A DNA stretch of 63,525 bases, the filler included, from Trichosphaerium sp. ATCC 40318 (lineage: Eukaryota > Protista > Tubulinea): NCBI GenBank assembly GCA_038496445.1. It is 4 parts of 4 records of this genome, joined end to end, with 100 filler letters (N's around TTAATTAATTAA, not from the genome) between each part and the next. Parts side by side here need not be neighbours in the genome. Positions count along the whole stretch, not along the records: positions 1 to 21,456 come from JALMLS010000294.1; 3 more parts are not named here. One strand, given 5' to 3'. The notes beneath the pieces are model-generated. The model was given only the letters and a program-made list of their open reading frames with translations, did no database searches and was not told the DNA's origin. The position numbers and the translations under genes are program-made. This document shows, in pieces, positions 1 to 13,914 of the stretch (within the stretch, counting starts at the first letter, position 1; each line of letters starts with the position of its first letter).

Positions 1-345
1 AGCACTGTGACTATCGGTATATTGATGTCAGTTGTATCACTCCCGTCAAGAACATACATTTCCTGAACAACAAACAAATAAGGTAAAAATACCCAAAAAA
101 CAGAATTACGTTTCCAAGTCCCGAGGAGGCCCTAATATTGCGCACAACACTGCAATGGCTCCTTCGTCTTGTAATTTACGATACTTCGGTTCGTAAGGCT
201 TGTCACAAGTTCGTATGAGAACAATTTTTCCTACAATGGACTAAATGGGCTACTAAGCTGCTTAATTTGTATGAATTACCTGTTTTATTTGAATGAGTGG
301 TGTCAACAAGCTGACCTCGGACAGGGCTGAAATCTATGGTATAAG
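1..345 (-). CDS. Partial tandem paralog of the PA-domain membrane protein (5' exons; continues off the left edge)
   Basis: 1-~335 is a near copy of 2417-~2770 (same exons GKIVLIRTCDKPYEPKYRKLQDEGAIAVLCAILGPPRDLG, same intron position). Confidence 0.6.
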
Positions 346-864
346 CCTTGGCCGGTGTAATTGCACGATATTCCGTATGGATTTTTTGTTTTTTGTTTTT
401 TGTTTTTGTTTACGGGAACTTGTTCCCCGACTTGCACGTTACCGACGGTTGCAAAACTTTTTGGCCAACGACCAACGTACCGGTTCCTTTTGACGTTGTC
501 GATGGCATAGATCTTGTTTTATTTAATTAGCGTCGTTGCCAGGGTGAACTGCGTGGAAGTCGCTGGTGTTGTCACCCCTTTCGGAGTTTTATTAATACCC
601 TGGTGACTTAAGACAAGGAAAATCCTATTCTAGAATTTCTTAGTCGATCATTTGAGCGGGTTAGAGGACATTAAGCAATAATATTTTTATCTCTTATGCA
701 TGTTGTTCGAGCAAGTTCAGAGTTGTCTATCTGTCTCACAAAAACTAACAATAACACCATCACAGGTAATTGTAAGGTGTCATTGTACCGGTTTTCTTGA
801 ACAGTATTTTTAAACCAAACATAAATACAATTTATTATTATTTTCCTAAAACATAGTGTTGTTT

Positions 865-2948
865 TTATATCTCTTCAATACTTGTAAGCTCGCCCGTAAC
901 TATAGTTTCCTCAATTTTTGTATCACTAGGTTGTTCGAGGGGTTCAGACTGACATGATATTTGTTCATTTTTGTATCTGTCATTTGTTTTCAAATTCATG
1001 TCGATGATCGTTGGCCTACACCGTTTAAATACGTTTTTATAAATCGTATAAAACAAGCGTACTTTGAAGTTGAATTGGTGCCAGACGAATCAGCTGAAAG
1101 TGCGTTTCTTGGAGGATGTAATGAAAAAAGTTGAACAGTTATTAAGGCGTTTAATATCATAGAAAAAAACCAATGCCACAATACCCAGCCAGTTGGTGTT
1201 GAAGTAACGCCAGTTCTATTACAACAAAATAAATACGAGAGCTTGCAACAAACACGTGATAACAATATAACGTACAGTAATGATACATACAGCAGGTAGG
1301 CCAAAAATATAACTATGACAACAGCGTACAGTTGTGCTCTTATCTGTATTGAATTAAGGTTAGCGGGAAATGTCAAAGTTGAAGGAACATTCGAGGTACC
1401 AGAAAAAGCTGTTTTCTTGTTTCCTTGTTTTTGGCTTGTATTTTCTTTACTCTTCGTTTTAACCGATAAAGAGTAATACAACAATAAACTAATACTATAG
1501 TGTATCCAACAAAGTACAATGTAGGAGATATACCTTGAACAACTCCTGGGAACTAAACCAAGAAATAAGTGAGAAAATGTTGGCTGCTGTTCATACCCGA
1601 AAGAAAAAGTCCGCTATTGATATTGCTATTTGTTGAACAATGAGAAATGTGACCCAAGCATAAAATATCCACCTTTGAATAAACGAAATTACTCTATAAA
1701 TTATAGAAAAGATAATACCTGAAACGTGGGAGACCTGGATGAACCTGAAACTTGAGTGACTTCAAAAGAGTGTGCCTAAAAATAAAACAATGAGGTAAAA
1801 AAACGCAGGAAAAAAGTAGGTACCACCACAAAGCCATTAAAAATAGAGGTGCAATCACAATTGGCACTGGTAATGTCTGTATAAACCTATTAATAACACA
1901 ACGTTTAGCTAGATGAAATTTAGGATAGGTAACTATACCTCGAACCCAATAAGGAGCTATTCTTCTACATCCAAAAGGATCAAGAGAAACAGCAATCATA
2001 ATTCCTTATTAAATGTTGGTTATAACTACGAAATAACATAAACAACTGTCTATACTGTACCTATGGTTGAAATCAGGCATAATATTATGCAGCATAATCC
2101 AACAGTTCTCTTACAGCCACCATAGTGCCTTACCAAGCTAACAATTCTTTGAAACAACCATTAGTATTAATTGTAGGTAAAAAAGCTTCAACGTACCTGT
2201 ACACTGCGAATCCGGCATTGAACAAACTAATTGCAATTAAAGATATTTGCCATGCCCACATCCATCCAGATTCGAATAAATCTATGAACTCATTGCGTTC
2301 TGAAATGTGTCAAAATACACAAAATAATTAAACAAATGAGTAAATAATGATTACCTGTTATCAGTTGAATGAATAGTGTTTGGTTTGGTTGTAAGATAGC
2401 TTCCATATCTTTAATAAGCACTGTGACTATCGGTACATTGATGTCAGTTGTGTCACTCCCGTCAAGAACATACATTTCCTGAACAACAAACAAATAAGGA
2501 TAGAATACCCAAAAAACAGAATTACGTTTCCAGCCAAGTCCCGAGGAGGTCCTAATATTGCGCACAACACTGCAATGGCTCCTTCGTCTTGTAATTTACG
2601 ATACTTCGGTTCGTAAGGCTTGTCGCAACCTCGTAAGAGAATTATTTTTCCTACAACAGAAATGAATTTCATTGTAAGGTTTTTTTTTCTACACGCAAGA
2701 TTTGTTACTTTACCCGTTTTGTTTGAATGTGTTGCTTCAACAAGCTGACCTCGGACAGGGCTGAAATCTACAGTATTACCATCGTATTTTTGAGGCCACA
2801 CGCGTATAGATACGTTTGATAACGTCTGAGGTGTTATTACGTGGAATGACGCATACACGTGATAAACCAGAGTTAAAAATACTATTTGTGTAAGTTAAAA
2901 ACAGTATTTTTCGATGAGAATACCAACTACTCGCGTAAAACCTGCCAT
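865..2948 (-). CDS. Multi-exon protein: N-terminal protease-associated (PA)-like domain plus several TM helices (receptor-like)
   Basis: ORF 2427-2858 has PA-like GKIILLRGCD..K....QDEGAIAVL; downstream exons (996-1484, 1694-1999) are hydrophobic; the start is approximate. Confidence 0.55.
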
Positions 2949-3189
2949 AATTCGCGTAATCTCGCTAGCATTTAAACGGGTTCGGAGTTATTACTAAGTT
3001 AGCTTAAGCGATGATCTTTTCTGCCACAATAAGAAGTTCTTACTATCGTATATTGCCCAAATAAACCCAAAAACAAATTATATAACTTACACGTTACCAT
3101 GTGATGTGTTGCCATTCACTATAATTTACAAGAGTCAGATAAGAAAGCCATTGACCATTTGTTGCATTTGTGTCCTTTACCCTTTTGTA

Positions 3190-6100
3190 GAAATAGCCAC
3201 ATCTTACTTTATGACGTACTAGCGATGTCAGAAACACCAATAAGCACTTTAAGCCAGAATTTAGTGCTCCATATGTATCCGATCATATTTTTTTTTTGTC
3301 TGTAATTATAAGTAGTACTGTACGCGTATTTCTTTGACTCCACTAGCAAAAACATAAAGGGTAGCGTAGAAAAGTTACAAGTAAAGCCGTTAAGTCCCAC
3401 AGTACTTCCTGAGCCCGACCACAGGTACTTTAGAGGGGCTACCCGAATTCTCGCAGTTTTTAACCAAATTGAGTGGATATTTTTACATAAACGCGCGTAT
3501 TAGCATCTAAACGTTGTATTTAGTTGGGCTAAAGAAATATGCGTATCCTGTAGTTTATTCACAAGCGCAACTTGCCTATGTGCACCACAATACACGCAAT
3601 TCGCGTCTTTGGACAATCAAGAGTACAATTTTAACCAAAATATAACCTTTCCAATTAAATACAGGTAACTTCACCATTCAGCGCCCATAAAATGTTCTAC
3701 CTAGCTTATTAACTGTCAAACTGACATTCATTGTAGAGATTTGCCAATCGACAGCTTCTTATTTATTGCCATCTGGGGCGTTGCTAGTACGCGAGAATTT
3801 GTGCCTATAGCTTCAAACCTCTTGCCGCTTTTTGACAAGCAATCATGGTACAGACCGTTTTGAAAACCAAAAAACAATTCCAAAAAAAAAAACAATAATG
3901 TTTAGCTTGGATTGATTTGACGTGTGATTTTTTAGGTTGATGCGTAGAGGAAGTCAAAAGCTTACCTTGTTTCTATTGGATAGTAAATCTCTATCGTTGA
4001 GGACAGATAGCTTACACTACTCACATACAGAACACAAGAAAATACTGCAAAATGCACGTGATGAAATCATTTTTTGAAACTGAATTTTGTATTTTTTTGT
4101 TTTGTGCTCTTCAGCGAATTGTAAGAAATTCTTTTGTGACGATAATCTCAATCTATTTTCTTTAATACCATAAGAGCCAGAATTTCACAGGACAGTAATT
4201 GGCGTTAATCTGTTATTGATTCCTTTTTTTCTGCCTTCTAATTTGCTGTTTTTAGGTACTCCAACAGGCAGGTTTAGATAGTCTAACAAGAAGTACAGAA
4301 CAGCCTCTTGGTATTGAACAGCTTAAAGAGCGCGGTATTGTACCGTTAGCAAATATGGACCCGTTTTTCCAAGATGAAGTTGCTCTGTTTGTTGAGCTTC
4401 CTGTACTCCGCAACCCAATAATCTTCTATCAAAACGTTCGTACTCTGTACACAATAATTACTTGTACTTACCTTAACGTGTAGTTCTATGAGCAAGAAAA
4501 CAGTGATATGGAGTACAAACATTCTTATCCTTTTGGTAGCTATGTTTTTGACCCTGAAACTTATTGTGACAACCCAGCTGATAAAGTACGCAACAAATAC
4601 TCTCAAATACAATTACTTAAAGCAAACTCCTCAATCCTACAATGCACTTATTACCAATTTAGATGCATTGGAGTCTTATGCGCGCTGAAACAAGTGATTA
4701 TGATGCAAGAAGACTTCTTCCTAATACAGACGAACGAAAGACAATACAGGTATAGCTCCTATGTTTTTTCTTTGTAGATGGAAGTATTTCTTTGTGTGAC
4801 ATGTGTTTTAACCTACGACCTTATTAGATGATATTGGCGTACCCGCCATCAAGGGAACTGAATAACCGTGAACAGAATATTCTTTGGCGTTATAGATATT
4901 ATCTTCAAAAAAACAAGAAAGCACTGACAAAGTTCCTTCGATCTTCTGTTCGTTGGAGTCAACAAAAAGGCAAAGAAGCTGTACAGCTTCTTAAAGAGTA
5001 CGTACCTATACGATACTTTGATCAGTAAAATGATAGGTGGGAGGCATCCTCCGGCTGTTACAGGACGCTATGAATGTTGAAAAAATATTTTATTTACTAG
5101 TCATTAGGTGGGAACCTATTGAAACTGTTGATGCATTAGAGTTATTGTCAAAGGATTTTTCAAGTCTGCCTTGGCCTGAGATAAGCACAAAGATTAGACA
5201 ATACGCAGCAAGCGTACTTAAGAAATCTTCAGACGAAGTACGTGTCAGAACAGTGCCCTTTATTGTTTTTTTTGTATATATACCATTAACCACTTTGTAG
5301 GAACTTCGCTATTGCTTGCTGCAACTTGTGCAAAGTCTGCGCTACGATCGTGTAGCTTCAACGTCTGCTGTTGTTGCGTTACTAATTGACCGAGCTTCAA
5401 CTAGCTTTTACCTGGCTAATAACTTGTACTGGTATGCCTTCTTTTATTGACTCTGTTTTCTGTGAAGAAAAGTTTTTAATTTAGTTGATAGGTTTCTCAC
5501 TGTTGAAAAAACGAGTACACTCAACGACAATGACGATGTAGAATTTTTTACTCAAGTTTTTGATATGTTTTGGAGAAAACTAAGCAAGGTAACGAATGGT
5601 TGTAGAAATAATTTTAAAAAAACCTTTTTAGTTTTCAATCTCATTTTTTTCTTCTTTCCTTTCTTGTCATTTCCAACTTGCTTTGTTGCCTTTGTAAATG
5701 AAGTTACTTACTTGGTGTTAATGAATATCAATAGACGCCAAGTGGTCGTATCTTTCAAGGACACCTTCAAAAGCAGCATGAACTTGTTGATATTCTCACT
5801 TCTGTTGCAAATAAAATATCGTCAACAAGTGACTTTGATAAAAAGGTACAAACCAAACGACGTAAAAAACATTTTAGTTATTTTCAAATACTAATTTAAA
5901 AAAAAACAAGGAACGTATGGCTACAGCGGAAATAGAAAAAATATCCAATAAATTCACTGGTGTACCAATTCCTGCAAATCCTGAACTCATAATCCATAAG
6001 ATAAAACGTAAGTAAAATATCTACTAAATTTCTAACTCGTGACTAACAACCCTGACACGTGGGGTTTTTTTGGAGTTATTTGTGTTCGGTTTTTTGTTAA

Positions 6101-7499
6101 TTTGTTTATTTTAGCCAAAGTTAAGGTTTTTACATCAGCTCAAGCACCTATGAAGGTTGATATTATAACACAAGATGATTCTGTATTCAGTATTATTTTT
6201 AAGCTTGGTGATGACTTACGACAAGATCAACTTATCATACAGGTAAAACAAATAACAAAACATAAAAAAAAACTGAAGGCGAACTTTTCAAATTTTGAAT
6301 AACCGTCGCCCAAGTCTCCAAAATTTGTGAGGGCGGTAAAACATCATACCCAGATATTTATTGAATTAGCAATGGCCTATTCTATGTTTGATAACTGTAG
6401 TAAGCGCTGTCTAATGAATTTTTAGTTGATTTCATTAATGGACAATCTTTTGAAAGAAGAGAATTTGGACTTATCGTTACTTCCGTATGCTGTTCTAGCT
6501 ACTTCTTCTAGTAGTGGTATGATTTTCCCATCTTCTTAATCAAACTATATTAATACTTACCGGATAGGAATGATAGAATTTGTCCCAAAGAGCCATAATA
6601 TATCAAGCTACAAAAAAGATCTCAAAAAGTTTTTTATGAAGTACAGCCCAGATAGTACAGGTATGTCTCATTACCACGTTGTATCTAGCCTAATAAGTGC
6701 TTACTTAAATACACAGGTCCTTATGGCATCAACCCTGCTGTACACGATACATACGTAAGGTCTCTAGGTACGTAAAAACCATAAGTATTTCGAGTGCTAA
6801 TTGTTATTAGCTGGCTTTTCTGTTATAACTTATGTTCTTGGTATTGGTGATCGCCATTTGGATAACTTACTACTCACCGAAAGCGGTAACTTTTTCCACA
6901 TCGATTATGGATGGATACTCGGTACGACAAGAACAAAGAATAAGAGAAAATATTGCTCATAGTCTAATTTAGGTCACGATCCTAAAGGATGGGAATCACC
7001 AATGGTATTAAATTGTTTCTGTCTGTTTGCCTTATATTAAACAACCATACTCTCTAGCGCCTTACCTCAGAGATGATAGATGTGTTGGGCGGGTACACAA
7101 GTGAACATTATGAGTCTTTTGTACAGTATGGATGTTTGGCGTATAGCAAACTTCGGAAATCGGCGAATTTAATTTTTAATTTACTCTCACTGATGACTGA
7201 TGCAAACTTGAAACATTTGACACGAAGAGGATTGCAAGAGGTACGTTACAGCTTGTATATATCATGTTTAGATTATACTCAAAAGCTGATACACAATAGG
7301 TTGAGGATAGACTAGGACTGACGTTAACAGAGGTTGCTTCTATTGAACATATAAAGTCTATGATTGTTATCAGTGTTGAGGCGTTTGGACCAAAGGTAAT
7401 ACCTTATTTTATATTGTTCATTGTACATATTAATTTGATTAGGTCATTGAAATACTACATCACTTGAGGCAGAGATTGTATAATGTTAAAACGCCTTAA
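3190..7499 (+). CDS. VPS34: Class III phosphatidylinositol 3-kinase Vps34 (multi-exon)
   Basis: Helical domain [21 protein letters not shown] and DALELLS; kinase motifs [17 protein letters not shown] and [31 protein letters not shown]; stop TAA 7497-7499; 5' end approximate. Confidence 0.92.
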
Positions 7500-7735
7500 A
7501 ACTGTTTTTTTTTTCTTTTGATTCAAAAAAATTGGAAACTGTAAATTTTTGTAAAATTGTTACAATAGATAAGTTAGTAGATACATTTCTTGCCATGTTT
7601 CGCTTGAAACACGTTTAATTTAACCATTTGGCGATAATGATCAATAAATTTTATGTCATTGAACCAGTTCTTCGGCCAAGGACGGGAAAGGAAAAACAAT
7701 GTCAAACATTTTCAAAAGTGTCATAAAAAAAAAAT

Positions 7736-9856
7736 ATGGCATTGAATCGCACTGTACTTGTAGGCTTTGGATTTGTTGTAGCATTAATATGCGAACTAGT
7801 ATCAGGTTTTAAAAAAAGAAATGCTTTCCTTATCCTTAAATAATCGGCATCTCATTTAGGAAGTCTAAGAGGAGCATTCAACGCATACGCAGAAGGTACT
7901 ACAACATGCTTTTATTATTCTAAGCGTTTTTTAAGCGTTAAAACAGCAATTGAACTTGGATCAGCAACAAGTTACTCTTCTTGGGTCTATTAGCTTTATA
8001 GGTACCTTATACTACATCAAAGTTTAAAAATAAAGCTGCACGTGACAAGGCACATGAAATTTCTCGTATTTTTTATTCGTAGTTGTAAGAATTGGTAGTG
8101 ACTTTGCCCTATTTTAGTGCACTCCATTTTTTGGATTTAAAGGATATTTTTAGGCTTTTATGGAGTGTTTGCTGGATACATTAGCGATAATTTTGGAGCA
8201 AAGATAGGTCTGTTTTGTGGTATGGTGTGCACTACTGTTGGGTACTTGCTTTTGTGGCAACTGATGCTGGGAAACATTGCATTTAACTATGCTTTGCTAT
8301 GTTTTATATTCATACTTGTTGGCGCCGGAAATTGTTTTGGATACATCGCTGCTCTATCAACACAGGTAAATCTTGGATGTAAAGTTCAATTTAGGAGCAG
8401 TTTAAACTAACTTGACTAGGTGGTAAACTTTCCAGTTGACAAGCGAGGCAAGCAGTAGAAAACTTTGCTGAGCGTGGTTTGGTTAAGTGGTTTTGTTTAG
8501 GTTTGATCATTGGATGCTTGAGCTTCATGTTCGCTTTTAGTGGTGTTGTGTTTGCTCCTATGTACTCTCAAGTATATGGAGATACACCCTTATTTGAAGA
8601 CCACGATGTAGCGGGTTATGCATTATTCCTAGCACTTGTGCACATGGTCCGTTAAAACACATTTCTCTTAAAACTTCTCTAAACTAGAAATTAGGTGACC
8701 TACTTTGTTTGTGTTGTAGTCATTGATATCTATCCAGAGAAAAAACCATATACCAAGAAAATAGACGTACTTCTGAATTCGAACCCTGAGGATATGCCGT
8801 TAACATTGAAAGGAGACGCACCCAAAAAAAGTACTTTCCCACTTCATGTTGTTGTGCTAAAATTACTGCTAGATAATTCACTGTTGCAAGATTTTATCAG
8901 TTTAGACTTTTGGTTATACTCTTCGACATGGTGTGCTAGTTCAGCTACAAATCTTACACTCATGTATAGAAAACACATGTTTTTTCATATTATTAAGTCA
9001 TGTTTAGATATAGCATTGGATACTTGGCAGTATCGCTCCATGGCATAGATACAGATACGACTAAAACACTCATTGATGTCAATGCTACAGCTTTAGCTGT
9101 AACGGGTGGCATAGGACGTATTATAGGTGGTATACTCTACGATGTTATAAAGAAACGCTGGCCTAAATCAGGGAGCGTATGGTACGAAAATGCTCCTGAC
9201 CTGGATTTCTTTAATGTTGTTTTTTGATCCTCAGGTTACTTATTGGTTTGAATTTACTGGCAACATTCATTAATGCATTGTTTTTATTTGGAATGAAGGC
9301 AGAGTGGGTATTCTATTTTGGTTGTATACTAACTGGGTTGAATTACGGAATGGCTGGTAGCATTACACCCAGTATAGCAAGGCACGTGATTTTCGATAAA
9401 AAAGTTATACCTGCAATTTGTAAATATTTCTCCACGTGATTGTATGGTTTCACCTTACTAACTGGAATTATTTCTAGTAACTGGTTTAACGTTAAGAATT
9501 TTGGTGCAATTTGGGGAGCTGTAAGAAACATCTCTTCTTCACTCTTTTTGGATTTTTTTTTCTTTGGTACTCATTTATTGCTTAGCAATTAGGACTCCAT
9601 TCTGCAAGTTTTTTAATTCTGCAATCCATATCAAGTGCCATGTACGAAATTCCAATATCAAAAGATGAGACAACATGTCTAGGCTCTGGTACATAATAAT
9701 TTGCAAAAAAAATGAGTTTTCTTCCATTCACTTCGTCGGTCGGACTGATTTCTTTTAGAATGCTGGGAGAGTACTTTCGCTTTGTTTTTAGCGGTATCCC
9801 TGCTTAGTTTATGGGCGTCTGTTGTACTGTTAGTGAGAAAATCGCGAAGCAAGTGA
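7736..9856 (+). CDS. MFS transporter (nodulin-like/Mch1-like)
   Basis: GYISDNFGAK and GRIIGGILYD MFS loop motifs, NFPVDKRG, WFNVKNFGAIWG; many TM exons. Confidence 0.8.
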
Positions 9857-9909
9857 CTTAATAAAAACTTCGCTCTTAAACTGCCACATTCGTTTCTAGT
9901 TGACACCAA

Positions 9910-11438
9910 ATGAGCTTATTAAAGCTTCTATCGTTAGCACTGGTTACAGGAACAAGTGCCACTGCCGCTTTTGTTTATTACGGCCAACAAGAGCACAGAC
10001 CCTTCAGAAAGTCAGATATTGGTTATTTACGCGATCTAGACACCGGTGGAAGACTATTAGGGCCCAATCTGAACCCAGGCTTAAGAGCGGAAAAGGACTT
10101 CGTTAGCGAGAAAGAAGAAACAGAAGTACGCAATATAAGAGTAAAAAACGCATTGTTACAGAATAATTACGAAAATAATTCTCAGAGCTCCCAACATGAA
10201 TACCAATGCTCGGAAATAACTCTTTACATCTCCTCCACGCATAAAATTGAATCAAACAGCACTTTAGTCAAAAAAGAAATAGTTGACAGTTTCGTCCGCA
10301 AAAAAACGTTAAAACAGCTTCTCCGTGCCATAAATCTTACCTTCTAATTAAATGCAGCTCATAGAAGAACTTAAAGAAGTCATTAAACAGTATGGCATCG
10401 TCCACGACCCACAAAACTTCCATGTACATCAAATGGCCATGGACTACCTACCACATCCTCCTCCAGTGAATACAATGCGTGTAACAGGAAGATATGAAAG
10501 CCCTATTCAACGCCTGGCACCTTGGGGATACGGTGATGACTTTAAGATTGAAAACGGTACAAAACACGTTTGCTGAACAATCACGCTTCTTTTTTTTTTG
10601 GAAGAAAAATTATCAGTTTAATGGTTTTCTCCTTAGTCCCTCCACAACTTCGTAAGACATTAGATAAGATTACTAGCTCAAGCTACTATAGTCTTGGTAG
10701 TCCTAGAGATATTACAATAAACTACAGGCATTCTGGATACTTCAGGCTTGGTAAGTCCTGTTAACTTTCTTTCGCCATAGTGTCACTTTTTGTTAATTCA
10801 CATTTCTAGATCCTCACGTAGATCCCTTAAATGACGGTCCTGACGTATTCATTTTGGGGTTAAAATCGCCTACTGTACTTACTTTAGGACCTACTGGCGA
10901 ATACATTAGTGACTTGGAGTGCGAACAATCTTTTTTTTGCTTTTTTTGATTTCTATATTAGGGTTGTAGCTAAGGAGTCATGGACTGCTGAGGATATAGA
11001 TATGCTAGTACCTAGACGTACACTTGTAAATTTATCTGGAGATGCTAGATATTATAGACATCATAGTATAAGACCAGGTACGCATGAAACCTTTCAAAAA
11101 CAGAAAAAACTAACAAAACAACTTCACGAACACGTGTTGGTTGCAGATAAGACATTCTTTTTGATTTAGACGCGTGACACCTAGTATATTTGTTTTACAT
11201 TTAAAGCTCACTGTAACACCAACTAGGGGTTCAAAAAGAAGGCGACAAGGCAATGTATGATTGGTGGGGATCACCTTATACTCTAATCAAAAGAGAAGAC
11301 GAACGTTTTTCTGTAGTATTTGCGTTCGGACACGCAAACCCTGTCCTGGCACTTATACATAATGTCAAGGACTTTTTTATTGAAAAGAAACCAGTAGTTG
11401 CTATGGCTGTACCAGAAAAGGGCGTAAACAACTATTAG
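9910..11438 (+). CDS. AlkB-family 2OG-Fe(II) dioxygenase
   Basis: ITINYR..G, PHVD (HxD), ILGLKSPTVLTL, PRRTLVNLSGDARYYRHHSIR and C-terminal RFSVVF. Confidence 0.75.
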
Positions 11439-11745
11439 TTGAACACTGCACTCAGTTTTTTGTTATAAGTGCCAGTCGGCTTTTTTAAGTCTACATTTAC
11501 TCCACATAACGTCACTGCGAGTACTTCATACGTTCCTATCTGTAGTTCACATTGTACCTACTCAGCTCGATTTGGCGTACTCGCCTTATGCCCATTATAT
11601 TCTATACCTGTTGTGCTCTGCCTGTTGAATGGTTTGTCTCAGTTTTTAGTCTTCGTGAAATTCAGAGACTCTGTTACAGTTTGTTTTTAGATCAAAGCGT
11701 TCTCTGCGATATCACGTGTTTTGAAACGGCGTTATAAGATACTCA

Positions 11746-13914
11746 ATGCAACAATACGTCGATTTGGTGTCACTTGAAGAGAGTATAGCAGAAATTACAT
11801 ACAAAAGCATCCCTCAACGTACCTTTGCGTTCATACTTCGTATTGCTGTTGGTAGAAAGTTTGAAGGATGGAGTAGCATAATTCGTGTTTGTAAGGGATG
11901 GAGACGTATTTTAAATAAGCTACCAGGCGTGTACGGTGGTAAGACATAACTCACGGAGAATTTTATGTGCTGGATGATTTTTTTAAAACCTCTTCTTTTT
12001 GTTTAAAACCGAACTCTTCTTGTTTGTTCGTTTCTTCTTAACTTATGGTGACGTTTAGATATCACGTGGGATAAGAATGCAAAAGCAATGTGGCGCTATA
12101 ATTTTAAAAAGGTACATAACCACGCCGTATAGCTGTAGATGTTGTTTTTATGATTTTGGTGGAGGGTCTTCGCTTTCTTTGTTGGGTTTTTTTTTATTTT
12201 ACGTATCAACCACTTTTTCGTACATAGTTGTTACTGACACGTGATAAAAGCGGATTTTTGCTCCATGGTTGGATTTCAGGAAAGCTATTCACGAAGAAAT
12301 TCCTCCTTTGACGTTTTTGAGTGAAGGACAATGGCTCAAGCTTCGAGCATGGTTTGGTATGAATTACAAAATTCACCACGTTTCGGAAACATTCCACAAA
12401 ATCGCGTGTGATTTTTTTGATGGAAGATTATCTTCTTTATTTACTGTCTTGTTGGATGGTGCATGGCTTGCTGACCTTCTTTTTAGATCCAAAGAATACT
12501 GGATTCGTTACTCTTCTGAGATTTGAAGCATTTCTACATATGAATGGCGTTATTGCTGATACATATCATAAGCAGCTTGTTTGTAGGCTTAGTTTCGATT
12601 GGTTCCTTCCTCAGTTTAATAGAAAAGAAGCTCTCTTTTTACTGAAGAATGAAAAAAGAAGTACTTTTGTTGTTCATTGTAATCATGATATTGATGAAGA
12701 TAAACACGAAACATTATTGACGCCATACACAGTCAACACTTTTGTGATTACAGTGTACAATTTAAAAAAATAATTAAAAAAAACAAAAGTATTCATCACG
12801 TCATACTAACACGTGTTTTAGGAATAATGGAGATCTTCGAACAAACCATTATGTGGTAACATCAATGAGAGGTAAATAACGAAACAAATTTTGAAGGCAA
12901 AGCAAAAAAATACGATTGAAGTACAAACGTCTTCTTTCGCATTTGAAGTGGAATTCTTCCTCTTGTTTCACTTCGTTTAATTTTACTTTTTATTAGGTTC
13001 TTACAGTGTTGCTGGATATGTCACTAAGATACCTACACTTGAGAAGGTGTTCGTAGCACTCAATAACGATCTTATTTACTTGTACGATAAACAGTGGCCT
13101 TCAGCAAGTTGGTTTCTTGGAACGATAACACAGGTATTTTTTCAAATGTTTTTTTAGCGTCAATTCAACATAACTAAAAGCTGTTGTAACCTAGGATCAA
13201 GCTATAGATATTTTAAAAGACGAAGATGATGGAACGTACCTAGCAAGATTTGGTAGACGCGGAAATTATATAACAGTTGCTTACAGAGTCGAAGATGCAA
13301 TACTTCAAGGTATCATCAAAAGAAAAATATACAGCTCAAGAAAATACATGACACCTCCTTTATCATACTTTGCTGATCACGTGATTTTCTAGACAGAGTT
13401 TTTCTTGACTTAATGGCTATTCAAAATGCAAATGGATATAAACAGTGTACGCTATATTTAAAAGAGTCAAATCAAACGTTGAGTGTTAACAAAAAATCTA
13501 GATGAAAATATCAATAGTTTCGAGGAGTTAATCATCCAACGTAACCATCGATATGTTAAGCCTTATAACCCACCCGCTCCTAAAATATCACCTTCTATAC
13601 TTCGACCAAGAAAAACACTAGCAAGGCATCCAAGTGATAGTAGTAGCAGCTTTAGCAGTAGCTTCAGTAGCGCTGATGAGAGATCATCACTTTTTGCTGA
13701 AAATACAATCAAACGTGTCGTTTCGAATTCACATAGAAATCTTATTCCTAAGAAAACACAACGAACTGCAAAGTTCTCGCCAACCAAGAGGAGGAAATCA
13801 ACACTTCGTAATACTGTTAATAACGTAATGAAGAAGAAAAGAAGCCAAGCAAAACTTAAACATAAGAAGCGTAAAAAGAAGAGCAGTGTAATCTCTGTGG
13901 AAGTAAAGGCTTGA
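11746..13914 (+). CDS. F-box protein with tandem SH2 domains and a basic C-terminal tail
   Basis: F-box-like IPQRTFAFILR...IIRVCKGWRRIL; SH2 starts WFLPQFNRKEALFLLKNEKRSTFVV and WFLGTITQDQAIDILKDEDDGTYLARF; Lys/Arg-rich end. Confidence 0.7.
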
